A stretch of 64,000 nucleotides of DNA from assembly GCA_965202585.1 (NCBI GenBank), contig OZ241832.1, forward strand, positions 42,036,001-42,100,000, read 5' to 3'. Shown piece after piece: positions 1 to 12,149 of this stretch. Positions within the stretch are counted from its first letter, which is position 1. The number at the start of each line of letters is the position of its first letter. The notes under the pieces are model-generated. The model was not told the DNA's origin. It did not search any database and saw only the letters and a program-made list of their open reading frames with translations. The translations under genes were made by a program, and so were the position numbers. This DNA is from Thalia democratica (lineage: Eukaryota).

Positions 1-329
1 GAGTCGGCACTTGGCGGCCTTTTGTAAGTCGTGAGACCTTTTTTTTGTTAAAAGTTGCTCGAGGATAGTATTTCATTTAAATGGTCATATTATAGTTACC
101 ACTTTAAACTACAAGTTTTATAAAAAATAAGTGCTGAATTACTAGTCAATTATGTATAGTTATCAATATATTAATCTAATTATACATTTTTCTTGCAAAA
201 ACTTTGTATCTTATCGCTCTTTTTTAGTTTAAAACCTATCAAGGCTGCAGATTTATGGTTTTTTGGGCCGCAGTTAGCCGACCACGTAAATATAGCAATG
301 CTTTTTAACAAGTATGTTGCCGACTCCTG
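1..329. mobile_element. hAT (Charlie-like) MITE; left TIR cut by the window edge
   Basis: Window opens with GAGTCGGCAC; 316-329 GTTGCCGACTCCTG is the reverse complement of CAGGAGTCGGCAAC. GC-rich subterminal gcggcc/gggccgc motifs match those of 15652-15994. Confidence 0.6.
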
Positions 330-954
330 CACTAAATAATTTTTCTAAGTGATAAGCTCTAGTAAATATAATGGACAAAAATATTACTAATTAAAAAAAA
401 ATTAATCAACATTTAGTAAAACAATGTACACATGATAATTATTATTAGTGCTTAATAATAACTGTCTTTGTTAGTTCATGTTATTTAAAAATTACAGAAA
501 AATAAACTGTGCATAAAGTTATGAATAATAAAATTATGAAAACTGTTTATAAACTGCATACACTACGGTATAAGATTTAAACAACAAATTAAGTATATAC
601 ACTATATAGGAGAAAAAATTTTGAATTTGAAGACTTAAAAATGGCTGCTAATGCCGATCCTTGGCTCAGTGCATAAAACACTGTGTTTCTTAATGTTTTT
701 AGGTTTGTGTGTTCGTATTACTTGATTTAATAAAAGAACTTTGCAAAAAATATAGAAAGCTATTAATAACAAAATATCTGTTTGTATTGGAGACTATATC
801 TAACTTAAAAACATAGTTTGTGAACTTTGGGGAACTTTTTTATGTGTGAAGATACACATACAGTAGTAAAAATAACATGCCTAGTATTGTTTTTCAAACG
901 AATTTATTATTCTCAGAACCATACTAAATTAGAATAGAAGTCAAACATTTACGA

Positions 955-1057
955 AGGGACACTTTTGCACGAAGACGCTTTTGCACGAAAAGTCGCTTTT
1001 GAACAAAGACACTTTTGCTCAAAGGGTCACTTTTGCACGAAGACAAATTTTGCACAG
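955..1057. repeat. Tandem ~17-19 bp subrepeat array (GACACTTTTGCACGA), solo arm of a foldback-type element
   Basis: Six imperfect copies of gacacttttgcacga; the same unit forms the TIR arrays at 2637, 17334 and 36131. Confidence 0.7.
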
Positions 1058-1085
1058 GTTGATTTTATTAGTAAAATAAACACAC

Positions 1086-1299
1086 TGTTAACGGATTAAC
1101 ACACTTCAACGAAGCTCTGTAAAAAAGTAATAACTGCTATAGATTTTTATAGGTTAATAGTTAATAACATGATATTTGTAATTATTAATAATTATTATAT
1201 TTTGATAGACACATGTTTATAGCTACTTTAGCTTCTGTTCTTTCCTTACCCTATTTATTTTTTTACACAGCTCCGTAAAAGTGTGTTAATCCGTTAACA
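1086..1299. mobile_element. Small TIR element with TGT...ACA ends
   Basis: TGTTAACGGATTAACACACTT...GCTCTGTAAAAAA is inverted against TTTTTTACACAGCTCCGTAAAAGTGTGTTAATCCGTTAACA (~40 bp arms). Confidence 0.6.
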
Positions 1300-2636
1300 C
1301 ACAGAAACATGTGTTAGTGCAATAAAAGAAGGATACTGTATAATTTGTTATTATTATATATTCCAGTGAACGTTACTTGTTAAAATCGTAATAAAATATG
1401 TGCTAGGTATATTTATGTACAATTTTCAAACAAAATTTTGTCAGTTAATTTAAATATTTTTCTGTAAATATAAGTAAAGAACATCACTATCTAACGCGCT
1501 TTCCAAAAAAAAAAGACGTTTTTGAAGAAGATTTCACAATAACTATCATGGATAAAATTTCTAGCTTATCAAGGTAGTAAGCTGTAGACCAGAGTTTTCA
1601 GAACTTTTGAATTCGTATATGTATTCACATGAAAAATAAAATGTTATTAAATTGTGTTTTAGTTTTCGGCCATTCTCGTTATGTGTTAGCGGTTAATGTT
1701 TTTATTGCTTATAAGTTGTTGTTTATGTATGCTATTTTTACTTTGATAGTGCCAACCTGTATCTGAAAATTCTTCATCGCTGTTACTAATTCCATACAAG
1801 ATTAAACTATTTGCAAATTTAAAGCTGGTTGTTTTAAATTTATAAAGTTTTTTAGTTTAAATTTAAATAAAAGTTTTAAAGTAAAGTTTTAAAAGCTGTT
1901 TAGCTATTCTATATTTCCCTGTATTATGTATTTAGTTTCTTGAACATGGAGAAGGAAAATTTTGGTCTTGAATCCAGCCCCAAACGCCCTATGCGGCTGT
2001 TAAAGGAAATTACAAGAGGAGCTGTAGCTTTCTATATAAAAGTAATCCCGTAACGCAGGCTACAAGCGTTACAAAAGAAGTAAAACAAAAATATTTATAT
2101 CAAAATTAACTATACTGTATAAATTTAAACATCTTAAAACTAACGTAATGAGCTACAAATTGTATATCAAATCAAATATTTAAAACAGACATGAAACTTC
2201 TTTTTTTTAATAATAAACGGTGCAATACAAATTTGCATACCCTTTGATTGAAATATAACAAAAATACTTATTATGTCATCCAAAATTTTAATAAAAAAAA
2301 GTTAACAGTGCAATTAGTATTTACATGCTCCATAATTAAAGCGTATAAAAATTGATATTCATAAAAATAGACATGTATTAGACTTAATGTAAGTAATTAA
2401 AAACCTAAATTTCTTTGATATGCACTACCGCTTGGGTACCGAAGTTGTACACAGCGCAAAATTGCTTTCCTAAGCGGCAGGTTGCTGTATTAATAGGACT
2501 CATGGAATTAAATGTTCATATGTCTTAAAAATGATATTATTAATACTTTATATCTTAAATAGTCCTTTCTAGGTATATTAATTTGCATGAAATAGTACTA
2601 GTTTAGTCTAGTTTGTAAAAACAACTGCTATATATA

Positions 2637-3293
2637 GGTGGGTGTCACTTTTGCACGAGGACACTTTTGCACGGCGCCAACTTTGCACAAGTGGACAATT
2701 TTGCACGACGACTCTTTTGCACGAGCGTCACTTTAGCACGAGGGGACACTTTTGCACAGATTGATAACTATAATTATCAACTATAATTTTGTTTTTTGCT
2801 GCTCTCCATATTACCCCTAACCCTTATCCTCGGTTGGTATTTTTTTATTTTACTATTAGTTTTTTGATTAATAATTTTTATTAGGTACATAGTTTTTTTT
2901 CTATTACTCTTACCCCTAACCCTTACCCTCGGTCGGTAACTTATTTTTTTTACCTTTTTGTTTTTTTATTAGTTTATTTTATTTTTTCTAGTTTTTTATT
3001 TATTTATTATTTTTTTTATTTTTTATTTTTTTTACTTTCACTGTTACCATTAACCCTTACCCTCGGTCGTTAATTTTTCCTTTTTGTTTATTAAATAATC
3101 TTTTTATTTTTTTTTTCTAGTTATATTTTTCTATTTACTTTTTCTTTTTATTTTGTATATAATTTTACTCTAGTGCAAAAATGACCCTTCGTGCAATAGT
3201 GACGCCATGCAAAAGTGTCCCCTCGTGCTAAAGTGATGCTCGTGGAAAAGAGTCGCTGTGCAAAATTTTCCACTTGTGCATAAGTGACCCTAC
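2637..3293. mobile_element. Foldback-type (Mutator/Phantom-like) non-autonomous element with subrepeat TIRs
   Basis: Left array of (GACACTTTTGCACG)n at 2637-2760 is inverted against (GTGCAAAAGTGTC)n at 3173-3293. The interior has three TAACCCTTACCCTCGGTCGG motifs. Confidence 0.75.
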
Positions 3294-3299
3294 GAGAAA

Positions 3300-4085
3300 T
3301 GCTAGGCCGTCGAATATTAAAAAATCAGTTACCTTGGCTCAAATGTTGCGTGAAACGCACCATTGGAAAAATAAATTAAAAGTCTCATTTTTAAAGCGGT
3401 TGGTACGTTTGCTTTACTATTTAGAATGTTTTTAGTTAAATAGAACTTAAACATTTGCACAAAGTCTAACGTTTATTATCTCATCTATATAGTAGTGAAG
3501 CGTGGGTATTGTCGAAGTTCTAGGAGAAGAAAGTCAATACCTTTAACAAACGATGACTGCGTCGTATCCTTAGAAGTGAATGGCAAAGAGAGATCACTAA
3601 CAAGAAAGTATTATAACTTTGTATTTTAATTTTAGTCAACGCAGGCTTTGCTGGCTTGGTCATGCTTTAAAAAAGACCGACAATTAAATTTCAAAGCTTC
3701 TGTTGCGAGGTTGTTGGCAAACGCAGCCGCGGTCGTCAGGAACTAAGATTTAAGGCGTTCTGTAAGTAAGTTCAAACTAAACAGCTTGAATTTCAGCACT
3801 GATGAGTTTGAGGAACTTGCTAAATATCGCGACAAATGGCGATGTTCACAAAAGTTTGAAAGAGATAGAAAAGCAGCACTTTAATAAAACTTAGCAGACA
3901 AAGAAATTAGAACAAATAAAAAATAACTTTTTACTTATTTTTTTAATATTTAGTTACTTTATTTATAATTTTGTAGCATAATTGTGTAATCTGTTTTCAG
4001 TGGTTTGTAATATATAAATCATAACTTTTTTTTTGAGCAAAACAAGCATAGCCGATTTCAGCTGATAAAAGGTATATTGTTATTT
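3300..4085 (+). mobile_element. Decayed RTE-clade LINE 3' end
   Basis: Frame-broken remnants SEAW, RRLCWLGHAL, GKRSRGRQELRFK, FEELAKYRDKWR. The 3' motif AAGCATAGCCGATTTC(A/G)GCTGATA is shared with 38762-38786. Confidence 0.65.
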
Positions 4086-5169
4086 AAATATTTTTGTTGT
4101 ATGAATTTAAAACAGTATAGTAAAATTAAAAAAAATCAGATCAGCCAATATTTCTAAAAAATAATAAGTCATAAAACTAACTTATTTCCACATTTATAAT
4201 AATAATAATAAATGCACAAAATCTGTTGATTCCGTTGTTAAATAAGACAATTGTTAGTATTTTTTTTTCTAAATGTTAAACAGAAGGTACATAGAAATAG
4301 AACAACTTTAATTGATAACTAATTTAAATAAAAGTGTTGTTTTTAAGGTTAATTTTTCAGCTTTTAAAAAAATTGACTTTGAAAATAATGAAGTATGACA
4401 ATATATTTTTTAATGTGCTAAAACATTGTTTTTAATAGTATAAATAAAGATACTTTTAAAAGCTTAATGAAAAATAAACAAGTGTTTTTAGAAAGTTAGT
4501 GAACAAGTAGTAAATATATTTGTAAAACAGATTACTTACAAAAAAACGTCAGTACTTTATTTAAAAATTTAATTATGTATATATATATATATCTATTTTT
4601 AAATTAAAAAAAAAAAACTAACATAGTCTTTTAATATATGTGCAGTAAAATCTTTAGTTATTTAATAAATAAATAAAATAATAATAACTTTTAATTATTT
4701 TCAATCTGTTTTATAAATTTTTTTTAAATGTGATTTTACTTTAGTTTAATATTTTTAATCGGAAAAACGAAACAACGAATCTGCAATACATTTATCACGG
4801 CAGGCTTATCAAAAATTAATTAAGTAAAAACTGTTTTAACTTAACTGATTTAATAAAAGTATCATAAATATATTAATACAGTTACAATTTAAAGCTAGCT
4901 ATAAAGCTTTTGTATATGTTTTTACAACTTTGCACTAAACTTTTAGTACCTAACTTTACCTTTTTTCTTTCGCATTTTATAGCTTATATTAAATATCTTA
5001 CTTGATTGTACAACTCTGAAAAATTAAAACAACTTTTGGTGTATGATTATTATTTTCTATTTAAGATGAAAGAGTTTATAGTAGATTTTTGTCTACTCTG
5101 TTTTATTGAATTTTGTTTTATAGAATACTATCTTAGGCATAATACACCTTAAACCTCTTAATAATAATT

Positions 5170-5288
5170 GTCCTGGACAAGACGTTAAAAAGTATCCAAG
5201 TGGTGTATGACTCAATAACCGAAAGATTTTTCGTGCACCAGGTCCTACGACTAAATATTTTTAATGTTTTTTGTCGTTCAATAAACAA
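5170..5288 (+). repeat. ~120-nt structured dispersed repeat (SINE-like, unidentified), full-length copy
   Basis: GTCCTGGACAAGACGTTAA...GTGGTGTATGACTCAATAACCGAAAG...TCGTGCACCAGGTCCTA...GTCGTTCAATAAACAA. Other copies at 14778-14863(-), 18683-18796(-), 18968-19049(-), 22061-22167(+), 51722-51830(+), 62117-62224(-), 62546-62662(+). Confidence 0.8.
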
Positions 5289-8200
5289 TAATATTGTTAA
5301 AACTAAAATAAATTTAAAATTAAATACTAAGATAAGATTTGAAAGATATAAAAAACATTAAATAATATCGATTCCTTCAAGATATAGCTAATTTTCTTAA
5401 ATTTTGAAAATAAGTTCATTACTATTATTTAAAAGTCTTACAAAAGGAATTTTTTAGTTAAAAAGTGTTCTTCTATAGTTGCCTTCATTTATTTATTTCT
5501 TATTTAAAAAATTGTTAGAATTCCACCAGAAAAAAATATTTGAGTTATGTTATCTAAAAACTAAGTCTTTAGTCTAAAGAAATACAGGTTTTTTAATTTA
5601 AATAAAAACTGACTCATAGTTCCTGCTTAAAGTATTTATACAAAAGCCAATATTATTTTTTGAAAAACATTTTATATACATCCCCCTACGGCTTCAATCT
5701 ACATTTAGTAGTTTATCTTATAGTACAAGCAATTAAAAAAAACTAGGGTTGATTATATACAGCTTAATCTTAATTATAAACTTTTAGTTATCATTATTAA
5801 ATCCTAAATTTTTAATCTTAATTAAATTACCTTAATCTTAAATAAATCTTTAAACACTTTTATTACAGCAAAAAAAATATTTTGAAACTAAGTTTAGCAA
5901 TAAAAACTATAAAAAATTTATAATAAAAGATTTTTATTAGTATTTGTTTTTAGTTTCAAACCATAGACAAATCGTTGTTAAAATTGATTATATAACTGCT
6001 TATTTTTAACTTCAAATTGTAAATTAATATTATTGAACACTTTTAAGATAGCGGAAAAGTATATTGAAACTAAATTTAATATTTAAACAGAAAAAAAAAG
6101 TAAAAGTTAAAAGCATATTGCTTGTCTTTCTTTCAATTTAAATTATAGATACATTGTTCTTAAAATTTTTAGTTTTAAGATATGTCAATGAAGTATTAAT
6201 CTTACAACGTTAAATATCAGAGAGTTTTCAGAGCCGTTTATATCCTGATTAAACATCATCAGGCCACACGATTATTTTTCTTGCAAATGTAGAACTAAAA
6301 AAACCTTGTTATATATTATATTCACTTAGTTAAATTTTGTTTGTACTTTGTAATGGTTTACTTTGTTGTTTAATAAATCAAAAAATAGCTAAATTAGACT
6401 TTTAGACTGTTAAGCAGAGTTGCCACTGCCAGAATGTTTATGTTGCGAAAAATTTCAGTTTAAGTTTATACTGTTATTAAAGGTTATGCTAATATCTTAG
6501 ATGTAAGTTGAATTTTCAGTGTTTATTAGACTGAACCTAAGTAATATAGTTAAATTTTTTGTTATCACCTAAAATAATTGACACAAACAAACGGTGTACA
6601 GCAAATATAATAAATAGTACTTTTGTAAATTACAGGATAGCCATATGATCTGGAAAGTTAAAATTTGTATGAAAAAAAATTACGGATTTTAATTTATTAA
6701 AAAATTGATAATAAGTATTAGAAAATAGTTTAATCTTGAACACTTTTCTTCAGAAAATTATTAAAAATCATAGAACTTTTTATTGTTTTTTATAGATCTA
6801 ACAATATTCAACAACTATTGTCACTGATTGAAGATTTTTAAAAACCTTATTTAGAAAAACATCTGTATGTAAATGCTCAATTTTTTTAAAATTGCTTTTC
6901 TAATAATTTTACAAAATGCAAAGTTACTATTTATGTTAAGTCTAATTCGCTTCCTACTTGTAAAAGCATGATACATTAATTTAGAGTTTTAGACAATCAG
7001 TATTAAATAGTATTGTTATATTTTCAAAAACTCTTAAAATTGGCTATTAAACTCAAAGCTCAGTTTTGACCATAATAGTTACTTGTATTTGCCAAGTCAG
7101 CAAAAAAAAATTTTTTTGTTGTTATTTTTCATTTTAATTATTAAAACTCTAATTTTTCATTATGTTTTTTTTATTTTTGGGTAAGGTTGGTTAGGGATAA
7201 AAGTATAAAACAAAAATTAAAAATTGCTTTAAAAACTTTTGCTGACCAAGTAAAAATGCAAATCAGACTGAGCTTTAGGTTTACTTTTCTTTTGAATTAA
7301 ACGTTGTAAGATCGAAACCTAATTGATATTCGTTAAAACTTTTTAATTGAAGTATTTTAATAACGATGTTTATAGTTTTATAGTTAAATACATACAAACA
7401 GTGTGCTTTTATGTCTTTATATTTACTTTTTGGTTTTAATGTTAAACTGTTTTCAATACACTTTTATTCTATCTGTAAAGTGTCTAATAATATTTACACG
7501 TAGTTTTAACTAATATGTTATATAATCGACCTTGACTTCTATTTTTGAAAAGTTTTGTTTTGGTACTGGTTTTAACTAAAAAATTTTTACGTAAGTCACT
7601 CATTCAAATTTTTTTATAAGTTAATTTTATTTACCGCGTTATTAAAATAAGCTTGCTAAAAACTGATAAGATTATAGTGTAAATTTAGTTATATACAACG
7701 ATTTTTAAATGTCTAGCTAAAATTAGTTACTTACGTCATAAAGAGTTTTAGGTAGAAATCTGTTTAAAAGGTTTAAATTTGAGTAAATTTATACTTTGCT
7801 GATTTGAAATCATTTTAAAGACATTATTGTTAAAATAAAAACATTTGAGAATTTAAGATAATAAAAATTTTAGTTGGAACAAAATTAAAAAATTTATTAC
7901 AAAAAACGACAATAATCGTACTAAAAACACGTTATTTATAAAATTTTAAATTATATATATAGTTTTCACATAAATCTCGTTTTATTTATTAAAAAAAGTA
8001 ACACGTACTATGAGATTTAAAGCATTAGTTTAAACATAATTAGTTATACTATCATGAGAAGCTAATTTCAGAATGTGAGAGTCTACTGACAGTAAAGTAT
8101 TTAGTAAATTAAAAAGTTTGTGCTGCAACATATTTTTTGAATTGTGTTGGCATAGTGTTTGCTAGACAACAATAAACTGTTGCTATCATAAACAACAGCT

Positions 8201-11200
8201 TGAAAGGAAATTTTGCCCTCTACCAACTTTGAATGACTTTTTTCAAAGCTCAAGATTTTTTAGTTAATTCATTCATGCTTACCTTAACATTTAAAAGTAA
8301 ATTAAGTAAAAGTAGTTTAGTACTTGGTTTATAAAAATAATAATCATTAAATTTTTCAATAAACAAATAAAAGCATTTGATTTTGTTCCACCCTTAATTT
8401 AGCAATTTTTAAAATTTGTATATACACTTATTTTTCAAATTTTTTTATTCATCAGCTTTATTGTTATATACTATCAGTTAGTTATTCAATGAGTTATGTA
8501 GAGCAGCAAATTTCTAAAAACATTTTAAAACAAGTAAGTTTTAGTCTAAAAATAAGTAACCATTTTTCATTTCTAAAATATAGATCTTTTTTCAATGCAA
8601 TTCTGATTATGGGAGAGAAGAAGAAAATATTACTGTATAAAGGTATTGTGTAAATCAAAACAATAAGAATTTAAGAATTCAAATAATCAAAAATTTAGTA
8701 AACATGACTTACTTATCTTTAAAGTAAACTTCATCCCCAAAAATGAACCAGAAACCTACAAGTAAATGAAAAATACTTTAATGCTATCAAATTAATCTTT
8801 AACAAAAGTTAAAAATGAAGAATATGGAACATTAACTTAAACTAGCTCTTATTTTTAATATTTTAATCAAAGATAGCACAGTGAAAATTATATATTTTAA
8901 ATATTTGGCTTTAGATTTTCACCACATAAAATGAAATCATGCAAATCATTAGCATATTTGCCAAATCACCAATTTTTTTTTAGGGAATTTTTAATATTAT
9001 TTTTAATTTTATATTAAAACTTTATATTTGGGTTAGATGGGTTGGGATAAAGGTATATATGTATAAAATAATATAAAAAAGCCTTATAAAATTTTGATGA
9101 CTTTACAAATATGCAAATGATTTGCATGGTCTTCAAGCTACTCAAAAACAGTAGTGGAAATTTAATGCTACCTATTTCTGGTAAATAAATGTGTACTAGT
9201 GCACAGTAAGCTTTAAGAGGCACTGCTCTGACTTTGTGTTTAACTAAAATTGTGCACATATAATAATTTAAGCAAAAGTCCTGTGTTCACAAGATTATTA
9301 AGTAGTAAAGTTATATATATTCAAAACCTGTTTTGAAATATTTAAGTTTACTGCATTAATTTTAGAGCTTTATAAAATGTATAACACAATTGCCATCAAA
9401 CCTAAAATTTATTAAGTTAGGCTAAACAATAGAGTAACTAACTGTTTGAAATAAAAAAAAAACTATGAGAAAGCCTTTAAATATTAAATAATTAAAAAGT
9501 AGATTTTAAAAGTATATTGTAAAAATGAAATATTAAATATCACATACTTTTAAAAATTTTACAGAATTTTGTTTTATCTGAACCTTGAAGCATTATATTT
9601 TGAGTAAATTCTTATATTAAAACATATTTAACCTAAAAAATACTTTTTTAAGAAGAAAAAAAATAGGACCTTAAATTTACTAGAAGAATTTTAGAAAATT
9701 AGAAAACCTGGAATTAATAATAAACAACTGATAGCCAACCTCTTATAAAAATTTCTTTCAACTATATTACATAAAAAATTATTTTGAAAATGGTTTAATA
9801 ATATATTGATATTTCTACAAACTAAATTTTACTCCACTTTTGTGCACTTCTTAAAAATACTGGTTTATTCTAAAGGGCATAAAATAACTAAATACTTGAA
9901 GTATAAATTTATAAAGCAGTTGTTTAAAACTGTAAGATTTTTTTATTAAACTGCCTAATCTAATTATAATGTTTAACTCACTCTCAAAAAAATAAATCGT
10001 TTGTGCCTGTTAAGCTAAATATTTTTTTTGGAAAAAGTGGCAAGATATCAGTTTTTATCAGTTCAAATGCTTAAAAACTACATATTTTTTTGATTATATT
10101 ATTAAATTGTGATTTTCTTTCTAAACAGGTATTTGGCTTTTGAAGGCAAATGCCAGTATTTGTCACTACAAATGCTAAAAAATTCCTGAATTCCTAAATA
10201 AATTTTTAGAATGAATTTTGGTTTGTTTGACAAGATAAAATTAAAACTAAATTTATTTCTTAAAACCTTTAATTTTTGAATAACAAAATTTGAGTGTAAT
10301 TATCATTTAGAGAAAAGCAGGGTTTGTGCGCATCAGGCTAAATCAGTTTTTTTTAAGTTGCAAAACATCAGTTTTTTTGCTTGAAAATTTTTGAATTTCA
10401 GTTGATATCATTTCAAATGCTTGAAAACTTCTGAACTAAGAAAAAAATTGAGAATAACTTTTATTTTCTTGAGGAAATCTTATAAAGTGGTGAATTTATT
10501 TCTAAGTATAAACTTAGTTATTTTAAGCAAAATCAGTCAGTATTTTTGAAAAACAAATGCTTAAAACTTTTTGTTGAATCTGTAAAAGAATTTTAAGAAT
10601 CTTTATTACTTTGTTTTGAGTAGATTATATACGTCATAATTATGAAAATTCATTAAACAAAAAAATGCAGTTTAACATTACAGCTTAATTCAAGAACTTA
10701 TCTGTTATTTTGAATTTGTTTACATCAGCTATGTTTTTCATAGCTTAGTTAGTCTAACTTTTTAAATTTGTTATTTGAAAGCTTTACTCCAGAGTTTCCC
10801 TAGGTGGTCAGATATTAGGGGGCCATGTAGGTCATAATTTGAAACTTTTACTAGATATTCTGGAGATTGTTGATGAAAAAAAAGTCTTAGGTGTTTTTAA
10901 TGGTAGTTTTTTTTTGTAATCTTGTTGGAGGGGGCCATGGCTTTTTCAATTTCTTTAAAGGAGGCCTTTTGAAAAAAAGTTTGCAAAATCCTACTTTACT
11001 ACATCAAATCCTTTTTAGATTAAATAAATATTCTAAGAATTTTGTTCATATACTTTACTGTTTGTTTATTAAAATAATTAGAGATATTCATATAACTAAA
11101 ACTTAGCTTTGAAATAAAGGTTTCTAAGTTTCTATCCATATATTCATAGTAAAATTATGTTTTACAAGTGTTGAGTTGATAGTAATTTTTATTTTACTTT

Positions 11201-12149
11201 TTTAGTTTGTTATAACAATTTTAATTAGCAAATTGAAGCTTATTTTAAAATTTACTTATTTATATAAGAAGTTTAAAATAAGTGATCAAAGCATGTATTT
11301 TAAATAACAGTTATATAATAAACTTCTTTTTAACAGTTAATATTATTACAATGACCAATTAAAAATGTTCAAGTTTCTGGGTAAGCGGTTGATAGGTGTT
11401 AAAAAATAACTCGGTTAAGTTTTTATTTTCTTTAAAAGTAGTGTTTGTAAGTATTTTTGTTTTGTTAATTTAATAATTTGAGAAAAGTCAGGTTAGGTTT
11501 AAAAAAAATTGAGCACAACCGTACATAATGTGATTCTAAAAAAATCAGTTTAAAATATTAAAACTGTTGTGCTGTAAGTTCTAGTCTTCAGATTTAGTAA
11601 AGATAGATCATTTTTAAATAAATAAACCTTATTTAAGTTTTACTCTATTAAATCTTGTCTAAATTACTATGGATTGCAAGCAAACTTATTTTTAGTTTTC
11701 TTCTTCTTGTATCCATAGTTTATCAAGATTGGTTTTTTTTTTTGAACTCTTTAATGAGAAATTTATACTCAAAAGACTTTTTAATAATTATTGTTTTATA
11801 TAGAATGTTTCAAGTTACTGCCTTTTAATAAATGAGACTTTATTATTATATTTATAGATGTAAATTTAAACACCTAAACAATGTTAAAAGTTTTTTTTTT
11901 TTTCGAAATATAATATTGTTAAACTACTTAACTTTAAGCTTACAAATAGCCAATATTAGTTTTTTTAAATAAAATCCAATTAATGTATAAAAAATTAAAT
12001 ATGATATCAATTTGTTACTGATAGGTTATGGTATAAATTAATGCTTTTATATATAGTTTTTGACTTTAACTTTGAAATACTAATAACTTTCATATCCACA
12101 ACTTGCAGAAGTTATTGTATGTGTATTTTGTTTATATATATTTAAAGAA

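Noticed and set aside
641-676. Short ORF MAANADPWLSA*, and a similar one at ~1946-2053
   Set aside because: Too short, with no splice partner or recognisable homology.
955-3293. Regularly spaced 17-19 bp repeats resembling a CRISPR array (also 17334-18161, 22865-24033)
   Set aside because: No unique spacers; the arrays are mirror-image TIR subrepeats of eukaryotic MITEs and there are no cas genes.
7288-7325. GATCGAAAC hammerhead-like 3' halves (also ~50105-50145 on the minus strand and ~51115-51140)
   Set aside because: No CUGANGA core upstream; at most decayed remnants.
9014-11106. ORF-track entries 9014-9259 and 10891-11106, and most other 60-85 aa ORFs rich in F/L/K/I
   Set aside because: Composition matches translated AT-rich non-coding DNA or MITE interiors; no motifs and no in-phase splice sites found.
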